From contig JBIJDH010000001.1 in the NCBI GenBank assembly GCA_044344255.1, forward strand, positions 32,001 through 96,000: a stretch of DNA of 64,000 nt. The letters are read 5' to 3'. Below, one piece after another: positions 47,270-57,359 of this stretch. The first letter of the stretch is position 1. Each line of letters begins with the position of its first letter. Source of the stretch: Myxococcota bacterium. GTDB taxonomy: Bacteria; Myxococcota_A; UBA796; UBA2385. Position numbers and translations under genes: made by a program. The notes beneath the pieces are model-generated. The model did not search any database. It had not been told where the DNA came from and was given only the letters and a program-made list of their open reading frames with translations.

Positions 47270-48359
47270 CCGTCTCTCCCGAACCGGGATCACCCGAGCG
47301 GGGCCCACCACCCCGATAGGGTCGGCCTCGTCTGTCTTCTCGCGAGTCCCCCCCCGGCCGGGAGTGGCTCGCCTCGTAGCGGTCGTAGGCCCGCACGATG
47401 GTCGAGACCAGCGGGTGACGGACGATGTCGGCGTCGCTGAAGTCGATGCGGGCGAGGCCCTCGACCCCGGCGAGCACCTCGAGCACGTGCACGAGGCCGC
47501 TCTTGGCCGGGTAAGGCAGGTCGATCTGGGTCACGTCGCCGGTCACCACCACCTTCGAGCCGAGGCCGAGGCGGGTGAGGAACATCTTCATCTGCTCGGG
47601 CGTGGTGTTCTGTGCTTCGTCCAGGATGACAAAGGCGCCGGACAGCGTACGACCGCGCATGAACGCGAGAGGAGCCACCTCGATGACGCCCTTCGCCACC
47701 ATCTTCTCGGAGCGCTCGATGCCGCAGAGATCGTTCAGCGCGTCATAGAGCGGGCGGAGGTAGGGGTTCACCTTCTCGACGAGGTCACCGGGGAGGAAGC
47801 CGAGCTTCTCGCCGGCCTCCACCGCGGGGCGACAGAGCACGATGCGCTGCACCTCGCTCTTGTAGAGGGCCGAGAGGGCCATCGCCATCGCGAGGTAGGT
47901 CTTGCCGGTGCCAGCGGGGCCCACGCCGAAGACGAGGTCATTGTCGCGGATCGCCTGCAGGTAGGCGCGCTGCCGGGGCGAGCGCGGGTGCACGGCCCGC
48001 TTGCTCGAGCCGAGGGGGATGTTGTCCTGGTAGAGCTCGACCAAGCGGGCGCCGGGCTCGGACTGCAACATCCGGCAGGCCTGGTCTACGTCGGCGCCGG
48101 TGAGGTGGTAGCCGGTGCGTACGAGCTGGTAGAGCTGGACCAGGGCGTCGGCGGCGAGGTCAACCGAGCGGTCTTGCCCGCCGACGTGGAGCTCCGCGCC
48201 CCGCTGCCCGACCCGGACGCCCATCGCCCGGTTCAGCACCTTGAGGTTCTGGTTGAGCTCCCCGGCGAGCTCTCGGAGCGCGTCGGGATCGGCAAACTCA
48301 AGGGTGATCCGCCGAGGGAGCGCGGTGTCACCCGTATCGACGGGCTCACTGCGCAGCAC
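47259..48359 (-). CDS. phoH: PhoH-family ATPase (YbeZ-like)
   Basis: [47 protein letters not shown]; start uncertain. Confidence 0.96.
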   Translation of the reverse strand: MLRSEPVDTGDTALPRRITLEFADPDALRELAGELNQNLKVLNRAMGVRVGQRGAELHVGGQDRSVDLAADALVQLYQLVRTGYHLTGADVDQACRMLQSEPGARLVELYQDNIPLGSSKRAVHPRSPRQRAYLQAIRDNDLVFGVGPAGTGKTYLAMAMALSALYKSEVQRIVLCRPAVEAGEKLGFLPGDLVEKVNPYLRPLYDALNDLCGIERSEKMVAKGVIEVAPLAFMRGRTLSGAFVILDEAQNTTPEQMKMFLTRLGLGSKVVVTGDVTQIDLPYPAKSGLVHVLEVLAGVEGLARIDFSDADIVRHPLVSTIVRAYDRYEASHSRPGGDSREDRRGRPYRGGGPRSGDPGSGETGGG

Positions 48360-48597
48360 GCCGGGGGCAGGGGCGCTCTTGGGTGGGGACCCCTCCGCGC
48401 GGCTCGAATCCGATGGGATGGCACACCTCGAAACCGGTCATCAGGACGGTCAACGCTCCAGCCTACCATGTTGGCAGGGGGCGTGGAGGCCGACGAGCCC
48501 GGGGCTCCCGTGACACGGCGCGGCGGGGCGCCGCTTGAGCGGGGCGCCGCGTTAGCGGGGGACGCGTGAGCGGGGCGCCGACGGGCGCGGCGAGGCG

Positions 48598-49698
48598 ATG
48601 ATGCTGTTCGGCGTGCCGAAGGAGATTCAGGCCCAGGAGCGGCGGGTGGCCGTCACACCCGCGGGGCTCCGGCAGCTCGTGCACGCGGGCCACCGAGCCC
48701 TGGTCGAGCGTGAGGCCGGGGCCGGCTCCGGCTACGCCGACGACGACTATATCGGCGCCGGCGCGGAGATCGTGCCCACCGCCGAGGAGCTCTGGGGGCG
48801 GGCCGAGCTCGTCTGGAAGGTGGGCGCTCCCCTGCCCTCCGAGTACGGCCACCTCCGCCCCGGGCTGCTGCTCTTCGGCTTCCTGCACCTCGCCGCCAAC
48901 CGAGCCCTCACCGAAGAGCTGCTCCGGCGGGGCGTCATCGCCTTCTCCGCCGAGACCGTCGGCCACCTCGGCCGTCGCCCCCTGCTGGCGCCGATGAGCG
49001 AGGTGGCCGGCCGCCTCGCGGTGCAGGCCGGCGCCCGCTGCCTGGAGCTGCACCCGGGCGGCCGAGGCCTCCTGCTCGGCGGCGTACCCGGGGTCGCGCC
49101 GGCGCGGGTGGCCGTGCTGGGCGGGGGCGTCTCCGGGCGGGCGGCGGCGATGCTCGCCGCAGGGATGGGGGCCGAGGTGACCGTGATCGACCCCGACATC
49201 GAGGCGCTGCGGCGCATCGACGAGCTGGCGCGTGGCCGGGTCGGCACCCGCTTCTCCTCCGACGAGGCCCTGGAGCTGGCGCTCACCGAGGCCGATCTCC
49301 TCATCGGCGCCGCGCTCATCCCCGGCGCACGCGCCCCTCTCCTCATCAGCCGGGCCCACCTCGCGCTGATGAAGCCGGGGGCCGCGCTGGTCGACCTCGC
49401 GGTCGATCAAGGGGGGATCGCCGAGACCACCCGCCCCACCACCCACGCCGATCCCGCCTACATCGTAGATGGCATCGTGCACTACGCGGTGCCGAACATG
49501 CCGGGGTCCGTTCCGCGGACGAGCACGCCGGCCCTGGCCATCGCCTCGCTGCCCTACGGCCTGGCCCTGGGGCGAATCGGCTGGGCGGCGGCCGCCGCCG
49601 CGGACCCTGGCCTCCGCGCCAGCCTCACGGTCGCCGAGGGCCGCGTGCGCTCCGCTGCGGTCGCCGAGGCCCACGGCCTGCCGCTCGCAGGGGGCTGA
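48598..49698 (+). CDS. ald: Alanine dehydrogenase
   Basis: GVPKEI..ERRVA, HLAA, LLAPMSEVAGRLA, GGVPGV, AVDQGG, YAVPNMPG. Confidence 0.96.
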   Translation: MMLFGVPKEIQAQERRVAVTPAGLRQLVHAGHRALVEREAGAGSGYADDDYIGAGAEIVPTAEELWGRAELVWKVGAPLPSEYGHLRPGLLLFGFLHLAANRALTEELLRRGVIAFSAETVGHLGRRPLLAPMSEVAGRLAVQAGARCLELHPGGRGLLLGGVPGVAPARVAVLGGGVSGRAAAMLAAGMGAEVTVIDPDIEALRRIDELARGRVGTRFSSDEALELALTEADLLIGAALIPGARAPLLISRAHLALMKPGAALVDLAVDQGGIAETTRPTTHADPAYIVDGIVHYAVPNMPGSVPRTSTPALAIASLPYGLALGRIGWAAAAAADPGLRASLTVAEGRVRSAAVAEAHGLPLAGG

Positions 49699-49738
49699 CC
49701 CGCCGCCACACTGGGGGGCTGCCGCGGGCCGACTCGCC

Positions 49739-51007
49739 CTACTCGCTGCTGCGCTGCTTGAACAGACGCGTCGCCGCCTGGCTGACGACGCTCGAGATGT
49801 TGCGGTTGCGCAGCAGGGACTGCAGGTCCTTCTTCTGGAGCTGGCTCACCATCGACACCGCGAGCGAGACCGGGGTCTTCGGGTTGTTCACCAGCGCCAC
49901 CTTGACGGGATACTTACGGGTCCACTCTCCGTTCATGGCCACCTCGCGGAGCACGTCGCCGTCGAGGTTCTTGTTGCCCGCCACGTTGAGCACCTCGTTG
50001 TCGGTGAGCCGCCCGGACTTGATCACCGCGGAGGCGACCATCTTGTTGGAGTCCCGCAGCAGCACCTTCCGGCTCTCCTTGTTGCCGAGGTAGGCCAGCT
50101 TGATCTTCTGGCCGATCGTCATCTCGGCGATCTTGGCCTCGAGGCTGAGGCGGACCGCCTCTCCACCGGCCTCGTCGAGGGCGCCGTCGGCCGTCAGGTT
50201 CCAGGAGAAGACGTCGCTGTCGTCCTTGAAGTTGAACTCGAAGCGGCTGCCGCGGGCCCCCGGCGCCTCGGGCTCGACCACGAACATGTCGAGGCCCTGC
50301 TCTGCCGCCTTGATGAAGGCCGGCGAGCGCTCCCCGCGCAGGGCGGCCTCGATCTCGGCCATGAGGTCCATCTCTGCGGCGGCGCCCGAGGGGGTGGGCG
50401 CGGGCCCGTCCTCCGCGATGAAGCTGTCCCCGCCGCCGCCGAGGGCCGCCAGGGCCGCCGCCTTGAAGGGGCGCTCGGGCGGGAGCTCGGGAAGCTGGCG
50501 CTGCATGCGCAAGAAGGAGCCCGCTCGCTCGATGTCGACGTCCTTGCAGTTCGGATTGGCGTGCAGGGCGAGGAAGACCCCGGGGGTCATCAAGAGCCGC
50601 TCGTGGTTGTTGCACAGCTTCTCGCAGAGGGCCTTGTCAGCGCGGGCGGCGATGACCGTGGCGGTGCGATCGTTGGTGACGCGCAGCATGCCCACCCGCT
50701 CATCGAGCTCAAAGTCGGGCTCTCGGAACTCGATCAGGAATTCCAAGACCTTGGCGTGCGTGCGGGGGCCCACGGCGGTCACGACCTGCTTGAGGGGCAC
50801 GCCCCGCGCGGTCTCCACCGCGAGCTCGGAGACCTCGGCGTCGGGGTCAGACGCCAGCACGTAGAGGGCCCCGAGCTGAGCGTCGGTGGGCATGGGCAGC
50901 AGCCCGCGCGCGATCGCGAGCTTCACTGGCCTCGGGGCGTCCCGCTCCAGGTTCTTCTCGATCTGGGGCGGGATTCCAAGCTTTCCAAACGGGATGACGT
51001 CCGACAT
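49739..51007 (-). CDS. Conserved hypothetical alpha-helical repeat protein
   Basis: KIKLAYLGNKESRKVLLRDSNK, ALVNNPKTP; strong coding bias; co-oriented downstream of the EF-G paralogue. Confidence 0.85.
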   Translation of the reverse strand: MSDVIPFGKLGIPPQIEKNLERDAPRPVKLAIARGLLPMPTDAQLGALYVLASDPDAEVSELAVETARGVPLKQVVTAVGPRTHAKVLEFLIEFREPDFELDERVGMLRVTNDRTATVIAARADKALCEKLCNNHERLLMTPGVFLALHANPNCKDVDIERAGSFLRMQRQLPELPPERPFKAAALAALGGGGDSFIAEDGPAPTPSGAAAEMDLMAEIEAALRGERSPAFIKAAEQGLDMFVVEPEAPGARGSRFEFNFKDDSDVFSWNLTADGALDEAGGEAVRLSLEAKIAEMTIGQKIKLAYLGNKESRKVLLRDSNKMVASAVIKSGRLTDNEVLNVAGNKNLDGDVLREVAMNGEWTRKYPVKVALVNNPKTPVSLAVSMVSQLQKKDLQSLLRNRNISSVVSQAATRLFKQRSSE

Positions 51008-51048
51008 GCCGCTCGTCTCTCCGGGGGGCCCCGGGCGACCCTCCGCCG

Positions 51049-53178
51049 TCAGTCTTCGTCTTCTTCCTCTTCCTTCCGCTTGAAGGGCGAAGAATGGACG
51101 ATCTTGTCGGTGAGGTGGCCCGGGACTTCTTCATAACCATGGAGCTGGAGGGTGAAGGTGCCCTTCCCGCCCGTCAGGCTGCGCAGCTCCGGTGCGTAAC
51201 GCTGCACCTCGGCGAGCGGGGCCAGGGCCTCGATCACGGTGTTCTTGCCGCGGGTCTCCATGCCGCTCACCCGCCCGCGACGCCCGTTCATGTCGCCCAG
51301 CACGTCGCCCATGGTCTCAGACGGGCAGACGATCGAGACCTGCATGATGGGCTCGAGGATGCGGGTGCCGCCGCGCTCGAAGGCCGCCTTGAGCGCTTTG
51401 GAGCCGGCGAACTGGAAGGCGATGTCCTTGCTGTCGACCGAGTGGTACTTGCCGTCGGTGAGCTCCACGACGATGTCGACGATGGGATATCCCGCGAGGA
51501 AGCCGCTCTTCATGCGCGCGACCACCCCCTTCTCCACCGAGGGGATGAATTGATTGGGGATGGCGCCGCCCTTGATCGCGTCCACGAAGCGGAAGCCCTC
51601 GTCGCGGTCGAGCGGCAGCACGTTCACCACGCAGACGCCGAACTGACCGGCCCCGCCGGTCTGCTTCTTGTGGCGCCCCTCCACGGCGGAGACGGCCTTC
51701 TTCAAGGTCTCGCGGTAGGGCACCGGCGGGATGCTCGTCTCCACCGAGACCTTGTACTTCCGCTTCATCCGCTCGATCGCCATGTCGAGGTGGGCCTGGC
51801 CCATGCCGTGCAGCACGAGGTGGTGCGTGAGCTCGTCGTGGCCGAGGGTGAGGGTGGGGTCCTCCTCGAGCAGGCGGTCGAGGGCGCCGCGGAGCTTGTC
51901 CCCGTCGGCCCGCGAGGTAGGGTTGACGACGTAGGACATCATCGAGGCCGGATACAGCAGCCGCTCGATCTCGAAGGAGTGGTGCGGATCGCAGAGGGTG
52001 TCGCCGGTGTGTGTGTCCTTGAGGCGCGAGACACCCACGATGTCGCCCACCACCAGCGCGGCCACGGGCTCCCGCTCTCGACCGCGGAGCGCGAAGACCG
52101 CGCCCAGCCGCTCGGTGCTCTCCGCGCGCGGGTTCAGCAGGCCGCCGTCTGCCGGGACATGGCCCGAGAAGACGCGGAAGATCGAGGTCTTGCCCTGCAG
52201 CTCATCCACGGTGGTGTGGATGACCTGAGCGAGGAAGGGGCCATCGACGCTGGGGGCCACAGAGGCGTCCGCGCCGGCTCGCCGGCCGCGGATCGGGGCC
52301 GACTCGAGCGGCGAGGGGAAGGCCCAGGTGATGAGCTCGAGGAGGGCGGCCGCGCCGACCTGCGCCGTGGCGGCGCCATAGATCACGGGCACGATGTCAC
52401 CGCGCTTCACGGCGCGCTGGAAGCCGGCCTTCACGTCCTCTGGGCTGAGCTCGAAGGTCTCGAGGTACCGCTCGAGCAGGACCTCGTCGCTCTCGGCCAC
52501 CGCCTCGAGCAGCGTGTGCCAGGCGGTCTCAACCTCGTCTTCCAGCTCGGCGGGGACGTCGACCTTGTCGTACTTCCCGCTGCCATCCGCGCGGTAGACG
52601 AAGGCCCGCCGCTGAAACAGGCTCACCACCCCGCGGAAGCCGTGCCCGGCCCCGATCGGGACCTGCACCGGCACCGCCTTGACGCCCAGCACCTCGCGGG
52701 CCTCCGTGAGGCAGGCCGCTGGATCTGCCCGATCGCGGTCCATCTTGTTGATGAACAGCGCGCGGGGGAGGCCGAGGCTCGCGGCCTCGGCGTAGAAACG
52801 CTCGGTCTGCTGCTCGACGCCGTCCGGCGCGCTCAGCACCACCACCGCGGCGTCGGCGCCGTGCAGCATGTGGATGGCGTCGAAGGCGAAGTTCTGGTCT
52901 CCCGGGGTGTCGAGGAGGTTGATCTTGTGCCCCTCGTGCACCATCCAGGCGAGCTTGCTGGCGATAGAGCCCTTGCGGCGGTGCTCCTCGGGCTCGAAGT
53001 CGAGCAGGGATGTCTCATGATCGACGCTCCCGAGGCGGCTGGTGGCGCCGCTGCCGAAGAGCAGCGCCTCGGCCACAGACGTCTTGCCGGCGCCTCCGTG
53101 GCCGACCAGCACGACGTTTCGGAGCTGGGAGGGAGAGGTTGGATTCACGGGCAGATTCACGGGCAGATTCACGGGCAT
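51049..53178 (-). CDS. fusA2: Elongation factor G paralogue (EF-G2-like)
   Basis: GHGGAGKT, RKGSI, DTPG, NKMD, HKKQTGGAGQFG, YHSVDS, ILEP; not in an rpsL-rpsG-tuf context. Confidence 0.92.
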   Translation of the reverse strand: MPVNLPVNLPVNPTSPSQLRNVVLVGHGGAGKTSVAEALLFGSGATSRLGSVDHETSLLDFEPEEHRRKGSIASKLAWMVHEGHKINLLDTPGDQNFAFDAIHMLHGADAAVVVLSAPDGVEQQTERFYAEAASLGLPRALFINKMDRDRADPAACLTEAREVLGVKAVPVQVPIGAGHGFRGVVSLFQRRAFVYRADGSGKYDKVDVPAELEDEVETAWHTLLEAVAESDEVLLERYLETFELSPEDVKAGFQRAVKRGDIVPVIYGAATAQVGAAALLELITWAFPSPLESAPIRGRRAGADASVAPSVDGPFLAQVIHTTVDELQGKTSIFRVFSGHVPADGGLLNPRAESTERLGAVFALRGREREPVAALVVGDIVGVSRLKDTHTGDTLCDPHHSFEIERLLYPASMMSYVVNPTSRADGDKLRGALDRLLEEDPTLTLGHDELTHHLVLHGMGQAHLDMAIERMKRKYKVSVETSIPPVPYRETLKKAVSAVEGRHKKQTGGAGQFGVCVVNVLPLDRDEGFRFVDAIKGGAIPNQFIPSVEKGVVARMKSGFLAGYPIVDIVVELTDGKYHSVDSKDIAFQFAGSKALKAAFERGGTRILEPIMQVSIVCPSETMGDVLGDMNGRRGRVSGMETRGKNTVIEALAPLAEVQRYAPELRSLTGGKGTFTLQLHGYEEVPGHLTDKIVHSSPFKRKEEEEDED
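53142..53177. repeat. 12-bp tandem repeat x3 at the 5' end of the EF-G paralogue (PVNL-PVNL-PVNP)
   Basis: gattcacgggca x3. Confidence 0.9.
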
Positions 53179-53228
53179 CGGGGAGCTCCATCCGAACGGG
53201 CGGGTTCACCAGCGGGCGCGAGGCGCTG

Positions 53229-53257
53229 ACTGTAGCGATCCAGAGACCGCAATTCAA
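53229..53257 (-). promoter_or_regulatory. Putative sigma70 promoter of the EF-G paralogue
   Basis: TTGAAT-N17-TACAGT, about 50 nt upstream of ATG 53178. Confidence 0.55.
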
Positions 53258-53307
53258 CCTCCCGTTCGGGCCTTCCCCCCAAGCCTTGACCGGCGTCACC
53301 GCTCCGT

Positions 53308-54105
53308 TCAGCGAGGCTTGCTCCGCCCGTGGTTCCGCTCCCAGAGGATGCGGAGGCCCTGCAGGGTGAGATCGTCGTCCACCTCCTCGACCTCCTCACA
53401 GGAGCCACCGACGAGGTGCGCCAGCCCGCCGGTGGCGAGGCAATGGATCTCGGGGGTACCGCCGACCAAGGTGGCGAGCTCGGCCTTGCAGCGGCGGGCC
53501 AGGCTGTCGACCAGCCCGACGTAGCCCCAGAACAGGCCCGACTGCATGCTCTCCACGGTGTTCGTGCCGATGGCCTTGTCGGGCTTCTCGACCTCGACGC
53601 GGGGCAGCTTGGCGGTGCGGGTGAAGAGGGCGTCGGCCGAGATGCGGAAGCCGGGGGCGATGGCCCCGCCCACATAGTCTCCCTCCGCGTTCACGCAGTC
53701 GAAGGTGGTGGCGGTGCCGAAGTCGACGATGACGAGCGGGGTGTGGAAGCGGTCCCAGGCGGCGACCGCGTTGACGATGCGGTCGGCCCCGACCTCGCGG
53801 GGGTTGTCGGTGCGCACCCGCATGCCGGTCTTGATGCCCCGCCCCACCACCATTGGCTCCGGCCCGAGGTAGCGGCGGCTCGCCTTCTCGATCGCATAGA
53901 GCACGCTCGGCACCACGCAGGAGACCGCGACCCCCTCAATGTCCTCGGTGCGGATGCCCCGGTGGTTGAGGAGCTGGAGCATGAGCAGGCCGAGCTCATC
54001 GGTGGTCCGAGAGACCGTGCTGACCCGCCAGGAGTGGGCGACCTTCTCGCCCTCCATGGCGCCGAGCACCGTGTTCGTGTTGCCGACGTCGATGACGAGC
54101 AGCAT
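53308..54105 (-). CDS. coaX: Type III pantothenate kinase
   Basis: IDVGNTN, EVGADR, VDFGTATT, GGAIAPG, ATGG. Confidence 0.97.
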   Translation of the reverse strand: MLLVIDVGNTNTVLGAMEGEKVAHSWRVSTVSRTTDELGLLMLQLLNHRGIRTEDIEGVAVSCVVPSVLYAIEKASRRYLGPEPMVVGRGIKTGMRVRTDNPREVGADRIVNAVAAWDRFHTPLVIVDFGTATTFDCVNAEGDYVGGAIAPGFRISADALFTRTAKLPRVEVEKPDKAIGTNTVESMQSGLFWGYVGLVDSLARRCKAELATLVGGTPEIHCLATGGLAHLVGGSCEEVEEVDDDLTLQGLRILWERNHGRSKPR

Positions 54106-54106
54106 C

Positions 54107-54640
54107 TCAGGTCGAGGCCTCCCCTTCTGCGCCGTCCGCGTCCTGCTCTTCTTCGATCAGGACCCGCAGGACGTGGGTGCCGATGGTGAGCCGATCCGGG
54201 CTGAGCAGCCGGGAGGCCGCCCGGTGCCGGGCCACGAAGACCTGCTTGAGCAGGATCGCCACCATCTTGGGGGCCGGCACACAGGGGGTGAAGGTGATGG
54301 CGTCCACGTAGCGGGCGCCGTCCCGCGTCTCCTCGAAGATGTGCTCGTGCTCGAAGCGGCTGAAGAGCGCGTTCGTGGAGCTGTCGCGAAAGCGCCGGCC
54401 GGGCTCGACGGACTCCAAGCGGACGGGCCAGGCGGTGCCCAGCAGGCCGACCTTCCCCGCCGTCTCGAAGGAGCGCCCCGCCGCGAAGGCCGCGCTCAGC
54501 CCCGCCTCATCCTCTACCCGGAAGGGCAGCCAGAAGGGGAACTCGCCCCGCAGGTTCTTGGGATCGGTCTTCACCGCCCAGACCTTGGAGACGGGGTCGT
54601 TGTAGCGGGTCCAGACGCGCAGGTGAAATGTGGTGGACAT
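54107..54640 (-). CDS. SRPBCC-superfamily protein
   Basis: VWA.., FRD...FSRFEHEHIF...YVDAITF, FVARH. Confidence 0.75.
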   Translation of the reverse strand: MSTTFHLRVWTRYNDPVSKVWAVKTDPKNLRGEFPFWLPFRVEDEAGLSAAFAAGRSFETAGKVGLLGTAWPVRLESVEPGRRFRDSSTNALFSRFEHEHIFEETRDGARYVDAITFTPCVPAPKMVAILLKQVFVARHRAASRLLSPDRLTIGTHVLRVLIEEEQDADGAEGEAST

Positions 54641-54649
54641 CCCCGCCCC

Positions 54650-55378
54650 TTATCCAGCCCCCCCCACCAGTTCCACATCCCCGGCGAGGACGGGGTGACC
54701 TTCGATGAGCAGGGCGCCGTCCTCGCGCAGCCCGGTGGCCAGCCCCTCGCGGTCGCCCACCCGCACCCGACGGCCGAGGGTGCGGGCGCGGGCCCGCCAG
54801 CGGTCGAGGCCGCAGGGATCGGCGGGGTCCACGGCTTCGATGGCCTGGACGAGCTCGATGAGCAGTGAATTGCGGTCGAGGGGGCCGCCGCGGAGCAGGG
54901 CGAGGGACCGCACGAACGGCAGGCCCGGGAAGGCCACCTGGTTCACGTTGAGGCCGACGCCGAGCACGAGGCGCCGCTCACCCCCGGGGCCGCTCTCCGT
55001 CTCGGCGAGGATCCCGCCCACCTTGTGATCGGCCTCATCCACCAGGTCGTTCGGCCACTTGAGCCAGAGCCCGGTGCGCTCGGCCATCGCCGCCGCCCAG
55101 ACGAGCACAGCGCGGGGGGCGAGCTGGGGCGGCATCTCCATGGGGAGGATGAGGCTGAAGAGAAGGTTCTTCCCTGGCTCCGAGCTCCAGCTCCGCCCGA
55201 GCCTCCCCCGCCCCGCCTCCTGGGCCTCGGCCACGACCAGGCCCCCCGGGCCAAGGCTGCCCTCCCGCACCGCCGCGCGCGCGACCGCGTTCGTAGACCC
55301 CGTCACCGCGAGGCAGCGCACCCGCCGGCCGAGCCCCCGCTCCAGCCGCTCCGCCGACAGCGCCTCCAGCTGATCCAT
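54650..55378 (-). CDS. birA: Biotin--[acetyl-CoA-carboxylase] ligase (no HTH domain)
   Basis: GSTN, QEAGRGRLGRSW, KWPND, KVGGIL, GVGLNV; GGAGG upstream. Confidence 0.95.
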   Translation of the reverse strand: MDQLEALSAERLERGLGRRVRCLAVTGSTNAVARAAVREGSLGPGGLVVAEAQEAGRGRLGRSWSSEPGKNLLFSLILPMEMPPQLAPRAVLVWAAAMAERTGLWLKWPNDLVDEADHKVGGILAETESGPGGERRLVLGVGLNVNQVAFPGLPFVRSLALLRGGPLDRNSLLIELVQAIEAVDPADPCGLDRWRARARTLGRRVRVGDREGLATGLREDGALLIEGHPVLAGDVELVGGAG

Positions 55379-55459
55379 CTCCGTCCTCCCTCCTGGAACC
55401 GATCGGGCGGGACGGGTAGACCGAGGCCAGGGTCGGTGGACCCGACCCAAGGAGACCCG

Positions 55460-55813
55460 ATGCGCACCCCCACGCTGTCCCGCTTCCCTATCCTCGCCCT
55501 CGTGCTCCCCCTGTCGATCGCGTGCCAGGGCAAGCACGTCAACGACATCCTCGACCTCGAGGGCGACCCCGTCGCCGGCCAGGCCCTCTACGTCGACAAC
55601 TGCGCGGGCTGCCACGGCGACGACGCGCAGGGCGCGAGCGGCCCGAACATCGTCAATGAGTCGGCGGAGGGCGAGGAGTTTGTCGAGGTGGTGTTGAGCG
55701 GCGAAGAGGAGATGCCCGCCTTCGACGGCGACCTCGAGGATCAGGAGATCGCCGACATCCTCGCCTACGTCCAGGCCCTCGCCTCGGGCGGCCTGGGCGA
55801 CACCGGGGCCTGA
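55460..55813 (+). CDS. Monoheme cytochrome c lipoprotein
   Basis: AAGGAG RBS; lipobox SIAC; CAGCH; distal Met in MPAF. Confidence 0.92.
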   Translation: MRTPTLSRFPILALVLPLSIACQGKHVNDILDLEGDPVAGQALYVDNCAGCHGDDAQGASGPNIVNESAEGEEFVEVVLSGEEEMPAFDGDLEDQEIADILAYVQALASGGLGDTGA

Positions 55814-55853
55814 GCCGCAGGCACCCGCGCACCCTCCTCGGCGCGGCGCACGG

Positions 55854-55879
55854 TCCTCGAGAGACTCAGTCCTCGAGGA
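55854..55879. terminator. Hairpin between convergent cytochrome c and Hsp70 genes (possible terminator)
   Basis: TCCTCGAG-a-GACT-c-AGTC-CTCGAGGA inverted repeat; no U-tract. Confidence 0.35.
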
Positions 55880-55881
55880 GC

Positions 55882-57147
55882 TCAGTCGTCGAGGAGCCGC
55901 TCCCCGGCTTCGATCCCGAGGCCCTGGCCGATCGAGGTGAACTCCTCTTGGGCCACGATGCGCCCCGGGAAGCGGGCCTCGAAGATGGCGCGCACCACGG
56001 GCACCCGCGAGGAGCCGCCGGTGAGGAAGACGACGGAGACGTCGTCGGCCTCAACCTTGGCGTCGAGCAGCAGCTTGTCGATGCAGCGATGGAAGGACTT
56101 GACCTCGTCTTGGATCGCCTCCACGAACTCGGGCCGGGTGACCGGCTCGGCGATGTGGATCGTGCCCTGCTCGAATCGGAGCACGGCCTCCTCTGCCGCC
56201 GAGAGGTCGACCTTGTTCTGCTCCACCGCGCGGAAGAGCATGAAGCCGTAGCTCTGATCAAGCAGCTCGCGGAGCCAGCCGAGCCCGCGCTTGTCCTCCG
56301 AGCTGCGCAGCCAGGAGTCGAGCAGCTCGAGGTTCTTGTCGGTGCTGGCCAGACAAAGCGTGTGCCAACGGCAGATCGCGAGGTGCAGGGCGGAGGGCAG
56401 CGGCACCCGCTTCAACATCGGCCGGTACCAGGATCCGTGACCAAAGCTCGGGATGACCTTCTTCATCATGAGGCGCGCGTCGAAGTCGGTGCCGCCCACC
56501 GGCACGCCGCCGACGGCGAGCACGTCGCCGCTCCGGTCGCGGAGGCCGGCGCGCTCCGGCGAGAGGCGCATCAGGCTGAAGTCGCAGGTCCCGCCGCCGA
56601 AGTCGCCGACGAGGCAGAGCACGTCGCGATCGAGCCCGCGCTCGAAGCTGCGCGCGGCGGCGATCGGCTCAAGCTGAAACTCCACCCTTCGAAAGCCGGC
56701 TAACTTCGCAGCCTTCTCCAGGCGCCGCTGCGCGAGCTGGTCGCGAGCCTCCTCGGCGTGGAAGCGCGCCGGACGGCCGAGCAGCACCCGATCGACCGGC
56801 TCCCCCGCGGCGAGCTCGGCGCGGCTCCGCAGGTACGCGAGGTAGCCGCCGACAAGCTGCTCGACCGACCGGAAGCGCCCGCCGATGACCGTCCCCTCGA
56901 AGTGGGGCGAAGCGAGATGCTTCTTGACGGCCTGGAGCAGGCGGCCCTGCATGCCGCGCTGGATGTACTCCTCGATGGCGGCGCCGCCGAAGAGGGTGTC
57001 TCCGTCGTCGGAGTACCAGAGCAGGGTGGGGCTGGTGCCCGGGATCGCAGCCATGGGGTCAATGTCTACGGGCTCGATGCCGCCGCGTCGGGCGAGGGTG
57101 ACGGAGGAGTTGGAGGTGCCAAAGTCGATGCCGCAGGCGACGGGCAT
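55882..57147 (-). CDS. yegD: Hsp70-family protein, YegD-like (ATPase domain only)
   Basis: GIDFGTSNS, LGRPARF, EPIAAA, DFGGGT.DF, GGTDFD, LTGGSS, EEFTSIGQGL. Confidence 0.9.
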   Translation of the reverse strand: MPVACGIDFGTSNSSVTLARRGGIEPVDIDPMAAIPGTSPTLLWYSDDGDTLFGGAAIEEYIQRGMQGRLLQAVKKHLASPHFEGTVIGGRFRSVEQLVGGYLAYLRSRAELAAGEPVDRVLLGRPARFHAEEARDQLAQRRLEKAAKLAGFRRVEFQLEPIAAARSFERGLDRDVLCLVGDFGGGTCDFSLMRLSPERAGLRDRSGDVLAVGGVPVGGTDFDARLMMKKVIPSFGHGSWYRPMLKRVPLPSALHLAICRWHTLCLASTDKNLELLDSWLRSSEDKRGLGWLRELLDQSYGFMLFRAVEQNKVDLSAAEEAVLRFEQGTIHIAEPVTRPEFVEAIQDEVKSFHRCIDKLLLDAKVEADDVSVVFLTGGSSRVPVVRAIFEARFPGRIVAQEEFTSIGQGLGIEAGERLLDD

Positions 57148-57359
57148 GGAGGCGCTCGGGTCAAGGGGGTCGGTGGCGGGGCGGCCATCGGGCTGGGGTG
57201 GCGTGAACACCCAAGCCCCGCCGGGGGGCGCCCCCGTACCCCGGTCGCGGTGGGGAGGCTGGCCGAGGGAGGCGGGCGCCCGGCGCGACCGGTCCCTTGC
57301 GAGCCGAACGTCCCCGGGCCCACTCCCAGTCGCCGATCCTGAGCTATCCTCGGGCTCCC

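Noticed and set aside
44747..47440. 897-aa plus-strand ORF (likewise 51094-53229 and 59741-61270)
   Set aside because: Antisense shadows of well-supported genes.
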